A stretch of DNA of 64,000 nucleotides from Alphaproteobacteria bacterium (lineage in GTDB: Bacteria > Pseudomonadota > Alphaproteobacteria > GCA-2731375), in contig CBDDBZ010000037.1 of assembly GCA_965225945.1 (NCBI GenBank), forward strand, positions 256,001-320,000, written 5' to 3'. A program made the translations under genes and the position numbers. Shown in pieces: positions 52,896 to 64,000 of this stretch (the first letter of the stretch is position 1; each line of letters opens with the position of its first letter). The notes below the pieces were generated by a model. The model was given only the letters and a program-made list of their open reading frames with translations, did not search any database and was not told where the DNA came from.

Positions 52896-54696
52896 GGAGC
52901 GCGCGTTCAACCGGCGCTTCGTGCAGATGTGTGGCCACTACCTGGTCGAACCGACAGCATGCACGCCGGGAGCGGGATGGGAGAAGGGGCAGGTCGAGAA
53001 CCAGGTCGGGATCATCCGCGGTCGGTTCTTCACCCCGCGGCTGCGCTTCAAGACCTACGACGAGCTCAACGCCTGGCTCTTGGACCAGTGCGTCGCCTAC
53101 GCCCGGCGTCATCCCCACCCGGTGTTCAAGGACAGGACTGTCTGGCAGGTGTTCGAGGACGAGCGTCCGTCCCTGGTCGGCTATCGCGGGCCGTTCGACG
53201 GCTTCCACGCGGTCCCGGCGTCGGTGTCGAAGACCTGCCTGGTGCGCTTCGACAGCAACAAGTACAGCGTGGCGGCGCGCGCCGTCGGCCGTCCGGTCGA
53301 GGTCCATGCCTACGCCGATCGCATCGTCATCCGCCAGGACGGCGAGATCGTCGCCGAGCATGCCCGGCGCTTCGGCCGCGACCAGACCGTCTATGACCCG
53401 TGGCACTACGTGCCCGTGCTGGCGAGGAAGCCCGGTGCGCTTCGTAACGGCGCGCCGTTCAAGGACTGGGCGCTGCCCGGCGCCCTGGGTCGCGTGCGCG
53501 TCCGGCTCGCCGGCCACGACGACGGCGACAGGCAGATGGTCGAGATCCTCACCGCCGTGCTGGCGGATGGGCTGGCGGCGGTGGAGGCCGCCTGTGCCGA
53601 GGCGCTCGCTGGCGGCGTGTGCAGCGCCGACGTCGTGCTCAACATCCTCAATCGTCGGCGCCAGCCGTCCGAGACGGCGCCGATCCCGACGCCCGCGAAC
53701 CTGCGTCTTCGCTTTGAGCCGGTGGCCGATTGCACCCGCTACGACCGCTTGAGGGGGGTCGGCCATGGAGCGCCATGAGGTCCTGGAGATGATGGCCGCA
53801 CTCAAGCTCGCCGGCATGCGCGACGCGTTCGACGAGGTGCTCGCCGACGGCCTCAAGCGCCAGCATCCGATGCAGCGAATCATCGGCGAGCTGTTGAAGG
53901 CCGAGATCGCCGACAAGCAGGCGCGATCCATCAAGTACCAGATGAGTGGCGCCAAGCTGCCGCTGGCCAAGGAGCTGGCCGACTTCGACTTCACCGACAC
54001 CCCGGTCAACGAGCCGCTGGTCCGCGAGTTGGCGGTCGGCGGCTTCCTGGCCAACCAGCGCAACGCCGTGCTGATCGGCGGCACCGGCACCGGCAAGAGC
54101 CATCTCGCCGTCGCCATCGCGCGGGCCTGCATCCGCGATGGCGCCCGGGGCCGCTTCTTCAACGTCGTCGACCTGGTCAACCGGCTCGAGGCCGAAGCCC
54201 GCGCCGGCCGCCAGGGCCGGCTCGCCGATCAGCTGGCCCGGCGCGACCTCGTCATCCTCGACGAGCTCGGCTACCTGCCCTTCGCCCAAACCGGAGGCCA
54301 GCTGCTGTTCCACCTCGTCAGCCGGCTCTACGAGCGCACCTCGATCATCGTCACCACCAACCTGACCTTCGGCGAATGGCCGTCCGTCTTCGGCGACGCC
54401 AAGATGACCACCGCGCTCCTCGATCGTCTGACGCACCACTGCGAGATCATCGAGACCGGAAACGACTCCTGGCGCTTCAAGAATCGGTCCTAAAGGCAAC
54501 CGATCCACCTGCCGCCCGGTCGCCCAGGTGGGCCCACAGGAACCTCCCACGCGCGGTCCGCCGCCAGCCGCGTGGTGGGCGCGTCGGCCCGCGCGCGGGC
54601 CCCTCCTATGGACTACCTGTACGACCTCCGCCGTGCATCCCCAAAGGGGTCAACATTGCACGCCGATAGGGGGTCAATGTTCAACGCCGATTGACA
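52896..54696 (+). mobile_element. IS21-family element, copy 2; istA 5'-truncated (to 53778)
   Basis: Reverse complement of 46085-47885; ends ATTGACA. Confidence 0.93.
53765..54493 (+). CDS. istB: IS21 helper ATPase
   Basis: Same protein as 46288-47016. Confidence 0.96.
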   Translation: MERHEVLEMMAALKLAGMRDAFDEVLADGLKRQHPMQRIIGELLKAEIADKQARSIKYQMSGAKLPLAKELADFDFTDTPVNEPLVRELAVGGFLANQRNAVLIGGTGTGKSHLAVAIARACIRDGARGRFFNVVDLVNRLEAEARAGRQGRLADQLARRDLVILDELGYLPFAQTGGQLLFHLVSRLYERTSIIVTTNLTFGEWPSVFGDAKMTTALLDRLTHHCEIIETGNDSWRFKNRS

Positions 54697-54817
54697 GACC
54701 GGGACTACCTCGGCGACCGCCTCGGGGTCCCCGATGCCCCGCCTATCGCCTACCTCCCCGATCTGATCAGGCAGCGCGCCGCCTCAGCCTGAGTGCCCGG
54801 GGTTCTGCCCCTATTAC
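54697..54817 (+). mobile_element. Right-end remnant of an IS66-like element
   Basis: RDYLGDRLGVPDAPPIAYLPDLIRQRAASA* followed by an end reading ...CCCTATTAC (GTAA terminus). Confidence 0.6.
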
Positions 54818-55194
54818 TGAACCGAGTGTCCGAAGCTCGGATTTCCGGATGACTCCGGTCGCGGGTGGTCGACACCTGGTTTGTCGTGTTATGACCCATT
54901 TTCACCGTCCGCAACCGCTTAAGGCTCTGGTTCAGAGGCCGTCATCGAGCATCATTTGGATTATGGGCGCCAAAGCGGCCGGCTCGTTGAGAGTGCGATT
55001 CCGACCGGAGGTTACTTCGGCACCGTCCTCCATCCCGTCGCCGTCATCGAGGCGGTCGCCAATTCAGCTTGCCGGCCGAACACGCCCTTCTCGGAGCCAG
55101 CTGGCCTGTCGACGAACTGGCGGAGGAGATGGCCTGCTGGCAGGTTGGGCACAGGGATGGCAGACTTTCCCAATACTTGCCCAAGGAAAAGCAG

Positions 55195-56397
55195 ATGTCT
55201 GCCAAGCTCCTCTCGCCCTTCGTTCTTCGCGGGGTCACCTTGCCCAACCGGATGGTCGTCTCGCCGATGCAGATGTACATGACCGGACCGGACGGACGTT
55301 ACACCGACTGGCACATGGTCCATCTGGGGAAGTACGCCATCGCACGTTTTGGCACCGTCTTCACGGAGGTGTTATGCGTGGAGCCGCGCGGCCGCAGCAC
55401 CTATTCCGACGCTGGCATCTGGTCCGACGATCATATCCTGCCCTTGAAGCGCGTCGCCGACTTCATCCGGGCACAGGGCTCGGTGCCCGCCGCACAGATC
55501 GGGCATTGCGGGCCCAAGGCGTCGCGCCAGCGCCCCTTCGAGGGGTTGCAGCCGCTTGGCCCCACGGATAACGCGCGTGGTGAGCCGCCGTGGCAAGCGG
55601 TAAGCGCCACCGCCGAGGCCTCGGCGCCGGGCTATCAGACTCCACATGCTCTGACCATTCCCGAAATCGAAGCGCTTGTGGCGGCCTTCGGCGAGGCCGC
55701 GCGACGCTGCGACGAGGCCGGTTTCGATGTGCTCGACGTGCACGCGGCGCACGGCTATCTCATCCATTCCTTTCTTTCGCCGATCGGCAACAGGCGCACC
55801 GATGCCTATGGCGAGGACCGCGCTGGGCGCAACCGGTTCGCGCTCGAGATCGCCGAAGCGCTGCGCCGTAACTGGCCGGAGGACAAGCCGATCCTGTTCC
55901 GTCTCTCCTGTATCGATCGGGTGGAAGGCGGGCTAGAGATCGAAGATACGGTGGCGTTGGCCCGAGAACTGCAGTCGCGCGGCATCGATGCCATCGACTG
56001 CTCGTCGGGCGGCATCAAGGGCCCGAATTCGCTCTTCAGCCTTGCCGCCAAGGGGCCGCCCTCGCCGGGTTTCCAGGTTCCGCTGGCCTATGCGGTCAGG
56101 CAAGGCACCGAAATGCCGACCATGGCGATCGGTATGATTGTGGACCCGCACCATGCTGAAAAGATCTTGCGGGACGGAAAGGCGGATCTCATCGCCATCG
56201 CTCGCGAGGCGCTCTTCAATCCGCACTGGGCCCTGCATGCGGCCCACGTGCTCAGCGAGGAGCTGACCTTCGATGCTTGGCCACCCAACATGGGCTGGTG
56301 GTTGGAGGTTCGCCAACGCATGTTGACATCAAGCGACCCGAAGGACTGGCGGATCGGTCCAGCGGCCGCAAACGCGCCCATACGAGCGACCGATTGA
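55195..56397 (+). CDS. NADH:flavin oxidoreductase (old yellow enzyme, YqjM-like)
   Basis: NRMVVSPM, QIGHCG.KAS, HAAHGYLIHSFLSP..NRRTDAYG motifs; AAGGA RBS. Confidence 0.95.
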   Translation: MSAKLLSPFVLRGVTLPNRMVVSPMQMYMTGPDGRYTDWHMVHLGKYAIARFGTVFTEVLCVEPRGRSTYSDAGIWSDDHILPLKRVADFIRAQGSVPAAQIGHCGPKASRQRPFEGLQPLGPTDNARGEPPWQAVSATAEASAPGYQTPHALTIPEIEALVAAFGEAARRCDEAGFDVLDVHAAHGYLIHSFLSPIGNRRTDAYGEDRAGRNRFALEIAEALRRNWPEDKPILFRLSCIDRVEGGLEIEDTVALARELQSRGIDAIDCSSGGIKGPNSLFSLAAKGPPSPGFQVPLAYAVRQGTEMPTMAIGMIVDPHHAEKILRDGKADLIAIAREALFNPHWALHAAHVLSEELTFDAWPPNMGWWLEVRQRMLTSSDPKDWRIGPAAANAPIRATD

Positions 56398-56410
56398 GGT
56401 CGTGGTCACA

Positions 56411-56474
56411 TCTGCGCTGTGTGACCTCGGACATGGTTGAAGTCTAGCGAAGCCGGTGAGGTGCAGGAATAGCC
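56411..56474 (-). pseudogene. 5' stub (40-nt leader + MSEVTQRR) of a cyclase/TPR gene
   Basis: Gap-free alignment with 5607-5668. Confidence 0.75.
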
Positions 56475-57349
56475 TGTGGCTCGTCAGAACCCCATCTGCC
56501 GCAGAAATCATAGCGTTTCCGGCCACTGCCGACTACCGTCGTCGGCATGCAAGCGACCATCATGATTCTCTCCACCACGCTGCGCGAGACCTTCCTCAGC
56601 CGCGCGTCGCTACACCTGCAAAACCTCGCCCTCCGCCAGCAGGTGGCAATCCTGAAGCGGGAAAGGCGACGGCCGCGGCTCCAGACGCTCGACCGCTTGT
56701 TCTGGGTCATCCTTTCCCGCCTTTGGCCGCGCTGGCGCGAGGTGCTGGTGATCGTAAGGCCGGAAACCGTCATCGGCTGGCACCGGAGGGGATTTCGTGC
56801 ATTCTGGACCTGGAAATCCAGGCGCGGCAAACCAGGACGGCCTCCGGTGCCCAAGGATGTCCGCGAACTCATCCGTCGAATGTGTCGGGAGAACCCCTTG
56901 TGGGGCGCTCCTCGCATCCACGGCGAACTCATGAAGCTGGGAATCGAGGCATCGGGGGCGACGGTATCGAGGTACATGGCGCGGCATCGAAAGCCACCGT
57001 CGCAGACGTGGCGGACGTTCCTCGACAACCACGTCGGCTGCCTCGTCTCGGCCGATTTCTCTGTGGTGCCGACGGCCACGTTCGCCGTTCTGTTCGTCTT
57101 CATCGTGCTGCGCCACGAACGGCGGCGCATCGAGCACGTCGGTGTTACAGCACACCCGACCACGGCGTGGGTGGCGCAGCAGATCCGCGAGGTCTTTCCG
57201 TGGGACACGGCACCACGGTATATCATGCGTGATCGGGACGGGGCGTACGGTCAGAAGTTTCGGGAGCGGTTGAAGGCGATGGGCATCGAGGAGGTTGTGA
57301 CGGCGCCGCGAAGCCCATGGCAAAATCCGTTCGTCGAAAGGGCAATCGG

Positions 57350-59855
57350 TGTATCGCACCCGGTTCCTTGGACACAAGTTTGCGTCCCTATCCGGTTAAG
57401 GCAGGCAGCGCTCCCTGCGATTGTATACCGTCGACCAGTTCCCTGTAGGTGATGGTCGGTCGGGTCATGGCGCGGTGCAACACGAAATCGGCAAGGTCGA
57501 AGATGCGTTTGCGCCGGTTGAAGCGGTAGTTCCATTCCCGGACGTAGCGCGGCAAATGCTTGGCGCTCACCCCGTGGTAGGTTCCGTTGAGCCACGTCTT
57601 CACGTTGGAAAACAGGACATGGACGACCGGCATGAGCTGCTCGGCGTTCTTGCCTTGGCCTTGAACGACGGGCTGGTGGCGATAAGTATCGCCAAGCTTG
57701 GCGTAACTCTTGAAAGCGTCGCTGTCGAGGCGGCTTCCCGGCTTCACCGAGGCGCGCACGAAGTCGCCCAACTCACGGGCGGTGGCCTCGGGCAGGATGG
57801 CGAGCCGCGCGGCGCCGGCGGCGAAGCCGCTCCCCTTGATGCCCTTGCCCGACCCGACCGGCCACTTCTCGACCGCCATCACCAACAGGCTCTTGTTCGG
57901 GTTGGAAAGCCCGCGCCCCCGGCTCTCCGGCTTGCCCCGCCCGCCGTAATAGCTCTCGTCGACCTCGACCAAGCCCTCCAGCGGGAACTCCGGGCGCTCC
58001 GTCAGGGCATGGCGCAGCTTGTGGGCCATCAGCCAGGCGGTGTCGTAGCGCAGGCTCAACTCTCGCGACAGAAACAGCGCCGAGACCCCGCGCTTGTCGC
58101 GCCCCATCCACCACGCCGCCAGGAACCATTTGCGCAACGGTGTGCGGGTGCGGTGGAAGACCGTGCCCGCGGTCACCGATTCCTGATGGCCGCAACCGGC
58201 GCATTCGAAGACCCGCGGCCGCGTCTTCAATTGGTAGTTCCGCCTCTCGCCGCAACGCGCGCAGACGTAGCCTTGCGGCCAGCGCAGCCGAGCCAGCGCC
58301 TCGATGCAGTCCGCCTCCGATCCATGGCGTTCGAGGAACTCCAATATCCCGCTCATCGAATAGTCCTCCAAAAGCTCCAGCCGATGCGATCAGCCTACAC
58401 CTCTATGGAGAACATATCAAGAACATTCGGAGCCCATCCTGCTTTAACCAGATAGGGACGCAAGTTTGTCTCATGCGGCGGGCCTGAGTGACATCGCGGT
58501 GTGCCACGCCTGACGAGCTTGAGCGGGGCTCAGGTAGCCGTTCTTCTCCACGATCCACTGGGCATTGTACTGTTCGACGAACCCGCGGACGGCGTTCCGC
58601 AGCTCCGCGATGTTGCGGTAGATGCGGCCATGGATGATCTGTTCCTTGAGCGTGCGATTGAACCTCTCGGCGACGCCGTTGGTCTGGGGCTGTTCGACGA
58701 AGGCGTAGGACGGCTGGATGCCCCAGAACTTGATCTGGTTGGTGAAGTGGTCCGACAGATACTGGGAGCCGTGATCCATCCGCAAGGCCAGCCCCCGCGC
58801 CGCACCGGCGGAGGTCGAGGCATACAGCCTCGCAAGCCCCATGGAGATCGGCTGAAGGGCGGCGAAGCGGTCGCCTCGCTTGCACACATGCCAGCCGACG
58901 CACTCGGCGTTCCAATGCTCGATGGCGGTGAATATCCAGCCCCAGCCGTCGTCCACCGTGAACACCCGAACGCCGTCCGTGCCCCACATGAGGTTGGGGG
59001 CATGGGTGATGATCTCACCGACATGGGGATTTCCGCCACGGCGGCGGCAGCGATGGGGCGAGAGCAGGTTGTTCTCGCGCATCACCCGGAGCACCCGCTT
59101 GCGGGAAACACGGATGCCACGACAGACCCGAAGCCGAGCCCAGACCTTGCGGTGTCCCTCGCCCTCCCAGGGGGATGCCTCCAGGTCGGCCTCGATGGCC
59201 ACCAGCAGAGCCTCGTCCGAGATCGAGGGCTTCGGTCCCCGGCGCTTTGCTGGTGGGCGCTCAGCGGTGGCCTGCTGCCGGGATTTCATGGCGTAGAACG
59301 AGGAACGGGCAAAACCCCAGGCCGCACAGACCCGCTGGAGGCCGTAGGCCAAACCCGTGCCGGGAGAGGTGGCGGCACTCATCGCCGCGACCTCCGCCGC
59401 CCCAAAGGGCCGGACGTCTCCGTCTTGGCCTCCAGCAGTTCCACCTGCATGATCAACTCCCCGATCCGCTTCATGGCGATGTCCAGTTCCGCCTTTACCG
59501 GATCGCCCTTGCGTTCCTTGAGCGAGGCATCGATCCCGGCGATCGCCTTCTCACGCCACTGCTCGAGCCGGAAAATCTCCACGCCCAACTGCCGCGACAA
59601 AAGTTCCACCGGCTCGCCACGCAAAAGCCGCAGGGCAACCTCACGCTTGCGCGTCACCGTCCACCGCTGGCCAAGTCCCAGCGGGCCTGCCGGCGAAACC
59701 TGGCCCGGGGAAAACGTGGACGAGCCAAGCTCGCCCTCGTTTACCACAGGCCCATCAACAGCAACTTTGTTCTCAAAATTGTCGGTCATGTTCCGGTCCT
59801 CCTTGGACACTTCGATTAAACCAATTCTGTGTCCAAGGAAATCGGGTCCGACTCA
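57350..59855 (-). mobile_element. IS3-like element (orfA 59379-59789, orfB 58471-59382)
   Basis: TG..CA ends with IR core TTCCTTGGACAC; WGTD, MDHGSQY and NGVAERF motifs; 14-bp flanking direct repeat. Confidence 0.9.
57383..58460 (-). mobile_element. IS1595-family element type 2 (transposase 57388-58371)
   Basis: TIR CGTCCCTATC.GGTTAA.GCAGG; 8-bp TSD CAAGTTTG; VEVDESY, SD and TYHGVS.KHL motifs. Confidence 0.95.
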
Positions 59856-60094
59856 GAAAGGGCAATCGGCTCGATCAGGCGAGATTGTCTGGACCACGTC
59901 ATTGTTCTCAACGAGCGCCATCTCCGACAGATTCTTTGTTCCTACCTCGCCTACTACCACGGGTCTCGCACGCACTTGGCGCTCGGGAAGGATACGCCCG
60001 ACGGACGGTCCGTCCAGTCGGCCGACGGCGGAAGGGTGGTTGCGTTTCCTCGAGTTGGAGGACTTCATCACCGGTACGAGCGCCTCGCGGCCTA

Positions 60095-61266
60095 ATACCA
60101 ATCGGCCTTGAGGGAGACTCACTTTGAGGATTCCCATGGTGGATGATTTCTGACTCAATTCCGGTGATTCGGAGTTGAGGAGGTTCACCATGGGAGCGGC
60201 GATCGGGTTACGAGAGGATTTCGATGCGGCGGAGCTGCGTCGCTTGGCGAAGCTTTCCAAGGATGCCGGCCAGAGCCGCCGGCTCTTGGCTCTCGCGGTG
60301 ATCTATGACGGTGGGCGGCGGACGGATGCGGCACGGACCGGCCACGTGGGGCTTCAGGTGATCCGAGATTGGGTGTTGCATTTCAACGCCGAGGGCCCGG
60401 ACGGCTTGATCGATCGCAAGGCGCCCGGTGCGGTGGCGAAGCTCGACGATGCACAACGCCAGGCGCTGGGGGCACGCGTCGATGCGGGGTCGAACCCGGC
60501 GGTCGACGGCGTGGTGCGCTGGCGGCTGAAGGATCTGGCGGGCTGGATCCGGGATATGTTCGCGATCTCGCTCGACGAGACCACGGTGAGCCGGGAATTG
60601 AAGGCGATGGGCTTCACGAAGATGACGGCGCGTCCGCGCCACCATGCCCAGGAGGAGGGCGTCATCGAGGATTTTAAAAAAAATTCCCCGAGCTGGTGGC
60701 GCAAGCTCGCCGGCGCCTGCCCGACGGCACCGAGATAGAAATCTGGTGGCAGGACGAAGCCCGTGTCGGCCAGAAGAACAAGATCACTCGGCGCTGGGCG
60801 CGGCGCGGAACCCGGCCCCGCGCACCGCATGACCAGCGCACCAAATCAGCCTATATCTTCGGCGCCATCTGTCCCGAACGCGGCGTCGGCGCCGCCCTCG
60901 TGCTCCCCCACTGCGACACCCAGGCCATGCAGCTGCATCTGGAGGAGATCTCCTCCCGGGTAGGCGCGCGCGCGCATGCCCTCCTGCTCCTCGATCAGGC
61001 GGGTTGGCACACCACGGACAAGCTGAAGATCCCCGCCAACGTTACCCTCCTGCCCCTGCCACCACGCTCGCCGGAGCTCAATCCGACCGAAAACATCTGG
61101 CAGTTCATGCGCGACAACTGGCTGTCCAACTTGGTCTTCCAATCCGACGAGCAGATCATCACCTCCTGCTGCGAAGCCTGGAACAAGCTCATCGATCAAC
61201 CATGGAACATCACGTCCATCGGGCGGCGTAAATGGGCGCATGAGTTCTGATTAATGCCGATTGGTA
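60095..61266 (+). mobile_element. IS630 type A relative (orfA 60190-60738, orfB to 61250, -1 frameshift)
   Basis: IR TACCAATCGGC / GCCGATTGGTA with TA flanks; TTTTAAAAAAAATT slippery site. Confidence 0.94.
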
Positions 61267-61536
61267 TAAGGACCGACAACGGCATTTGCCCCAGGAGGTG
61301 CTGCTAGAAGCGAGCGGCCCGTCTCCGCTGCGCCGACACCGTTGAGAAAAAGAACACAGCGCCAACATTCAGCTTGTGCATATCGGCCGATGCGACCGTT
61401 GCAATCTTTCCGCCGGGTCCAACGACCGACACTGTCGCCCGGGTCGTTCGTCTCGGATCCGGCCGCGCCGCAGAATAGGATTTGAGGAACGACAATCGTT
61501 TTGGATCGTCTCCAAGCGCGCGATATTGATCTATCG

Positions 61537-62588
61537 CTATTCCGGCAATCCTGCTTTGCGCAGGCTATCGAGCAAGCTCTTCAAAGTCGTTTCATGCATG
61601 CCGACAAAGCGGTCGCGTAGGACTCCGATCGAGAGAGTCGGTTGGAGCTGCAAGGCTTTTTCAATCGCCCTCTTTGCCTCACTAGCTTGCCCAGCTTCCA
61701 CCAATGCCGCTGCGAGATGCATGTAGGGCCAGTAGCCGGAGTCGGGGAACTGACAGGCTTGCCGACAAATTGCGATGGCCTCATCGTGGCGACCGAGAGC
61801 GCGTAGCGCCAATCCTTTGAGCACGAGTGTCGCCCAGCGCAAAGGATCGCGCGGGCTGAGCCGAAACGCGGTATCGAAATGTGGGAGGGCTTGCTCCGCT
61901 TGGCCGGCACCATAGTGGGCAGCAAAGCCGAGGCCATGATGGCCCCAGACGAAATTGGGATTGATCGCAAGCGCGTTCTGCATTTCGCCAATCGCCATTT
62001 CGACTTCACCGGTGAAGACATGCACCCGTCCTAAGACGAAATGCGCCACCGGTTCGTTCGGATCGAGAGATACCGCCTGTTCGGCCTCCGCTCGCGCAGC
62101 TGCCGCAGCTTTTGCCGTATCCTCAGCGTAGCCGTAAAACACCGAGGTCCAGAGAGCATAAGCGAGGTAAGCATGGGCAGCCGCGAATCCCGGGTCCAGG
62201 GCGGTCGCCTCCCGGAATAGGCGTATGGCCTCGGCGTGATCGGTCTTGTTGACGCGATCGAAATGCGACTGGCCGCGTTGCACAAGCTCCCAGGCATCGA
62301 GACTTTCCGGCGGCTTGCGTCGGGCGCTTTCGCGCTCGCGTGCCCCGATCTCCGGCTCGACCGCGCCCACGATCTGTTCGGTGATCTGGTCCTGCAGATC
62401 GAAGACGTCATCCAGACTGCCGTCGAAGCGATCCGCCCAGAGGTGGTTACCGCTGGTCGCATCGATCAGCTGCGCACTTATACGCACGCGGTTACCCGCC
62501 TTGCGGACGCTGCCTTCGACGACATAGCGCACACCCAGTTCGCGCGCTACCTGAGTGATATCGACGGCACGGCCTTTGTAGGTGAATG
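61537..62588 (-). pseudogene. TolB-like + TPR C-terminal part of an adenylate cyclase-type gene, interrupted by IS66
   Basis: FTYKGRAVD..ELGVRYVVEGSVRKAGNRVRISAQLIDA..HLWADRFD, TPR repeats and LRKAGLPE* end. Confidence 0.9.
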
Positions 62589-64000
62589 GTAACTGCCCAG
62601 GTAGCTGATTTCGATGAGGCTGCGGATTGGGTCTCTGGGGGCAGATTTTGTGGGTTTGGGGCGCTGACGGCCTAGATTTCGTTTGACATAGGGTGGTTGG
62701 TCGATTCTAAGGATTCGATGGATAGGGATGTTCTTGCCTTTTTGTCGAAAGACGAGCTGATCGATGTGGTGCTGGCCCAAGGGTCGCGGCTCGCCGAGTT
62801 CGAACTCCGGCTTGGTGAACTCGAGCGCCGGCTTGGCCTGAACAGCACGAACAGCGGCAAGCCACCGTCGAGCGATGGATTGAACAAGCCACCGGCGGGT
62901 AAAAAGAAGCGCACCAGGAGCCTCCGTAAGAAATCGGCCCGCAAGCCGGGCGGGCAAAAGGGCCACAAGGGCGAGACCCTGCGCCAAGTCGCCGATCCCG
63001 ACGCCACCGTCGACCATTATCCCGAGACGTGCCAGTGGTGTGGTTCGGGATTGACGCCGGATATGGCTACCGGCCATGGGGCCCGCCAGGTTTTCGATCT
63101 ACCCGAGCCCCGGCCCCTGGTGGTCACGGAGCATCGGGCGCATCGCTGCCGTTGCGGGCATTGCGGCACGTACACTCGGGCTTCTTTTCCCGTCGCCATC
63201 ACCGGCCCGGTTCAATACGGCGCTCGGATCGGAGCCATGGTGGTCTACCTGTCGCACTACCAACTCCTGCCCGAGGACCGCCTGGCTGAATTGATGAAGG
63301 ATCTGTTCGGGGCGGAACTGTCTCCGGCGAGCCTCGCGCGGAGGGGCGGGAACAGCGCCGAGTCCGTCCAAGGCGTCGTCGATGTGATCCGCGAACTGGT
63401 GAAATCGGCGCCGGTCAAGCACATGGACGAGACCGGCTTGCGGATCGCCGGGCGGACCCAATGGTTGCACGTCGCCTCGACCGCGCGGTTGACCTTCTAT
63501 CGGGTCTCGGAGCGACGCGGCAGCCTGCTCGGCGGAGTCGGCGGCATCGTCGTCCATGACCACTGGAAGCCGTACTTTACGATGGAGGGCGTACGGCACG
63601 CGCTGTGCAACGCCCATCACCTGCGCGAGTTGCAAGCCCTGATCGAGATCGAGAAGGAGGGCTGGGCACGCAAGATGCAGAGACTATTGCGCCGCGCCTG
63701 CCACGCGGTAAATCTCGCCCGGGAGCGGGGCGTGGCGCTGAAACCAGGCCTCGTCGAGCGCTTCCGAGGGTGTTACGACGCGATCACGGCCGAGGGCATC
63801 GCCTTTCACGAGGCACAACCTCCTCTTGCGCCCAGATCGAGCAAGGCCAAGCGCCGGGGAAGCAAGCCGCGCCGCACCGGGCACAACCTTCTCCGGCGCC
63901 TTCAGACACACAAGGAAGACGCGCTGCGCTTCCTCATCAATTTCGCCGTGCCGTTCACCAACAATCAGGCCGAGCAGGACGGGCGCATGATGAAGGTCAA
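62589..64000 (+). mobile_element. IS66-family element, single-ORF type (transposase from 62718, runs off edge)
   Basis: GTAA terminus; LNSTNSGKPPSSD, GGQKGHKG, HMDETG, VHD, CNAHHLREL and FTNNQAEQD motifs (manual translation). Confidence 0.93.

Larger units (their letters stand above)
56474..60095 (+). mobile_element. Integrase-core (rve) transposase element, split by an IS3-like insertion; right end not found
   Basis: CDS 56547-57349 (WGAPRIHGEL, RDRD, SPWQNPFVERAIG) resumes at 59870-60095 (SIRRDCLDH..GGLHHRYERLAA*). Confidence 0.88.

Noticed and set aside
50-63911. Numerous long Arg/Pro/Ala-rich ORFs in the track (e.g. 16989-18755, 22745-24616 N-terminal part, 46601-48265, 58501-60111)
   Set aside because: Shadow frames of real genes in high-GC DNA with no recognisable motifs.

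Overview
High-GC, alphaproteobacterial-looking chromosomal window in which roughly 40% of bases (my tally of the element spans listed) are insertion sequences or their remnants: IS4, IS110, two IS256 types, two IS630 types, two IS1595 types, IS21, IS3-like, IS66 and an integrase-core element, many nested or fused. Between them lie a sterol desaturase-like gene, a TRAP operon with an amidase, a MerR-HTH/cyclase-like regulator with an HD-GYP protein, a type III PKS-methyltransferase pair, a core DUF502-recG-sdhE block, a MacAB/ECF sigma/HupE/copper amine oxidase cluster, a tyrosine integrase beside a tRNA-Met 3' fragment, an old yellow enzyme and several class III adenylate cyclase/TPR genes or fragments. 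Three linked signals stand out. (1) The IS110 3' non-coding end folds as a two-loop bridge-RNA-like structure whose guides match the element's own ends and target flanks. (2) Both IS110 copies sit 93-95 nt upstream of cyclase-type gene starts. (3) The cyclase/TPR genes have a conserved 40-nt leader whose start is an inverted repeat of the gene's own 3' end, and isolated end stubs flank unrelated cargo, suggesting an undescribed cassette-like mobile unit. All calls are from manual reading; no searches were run.
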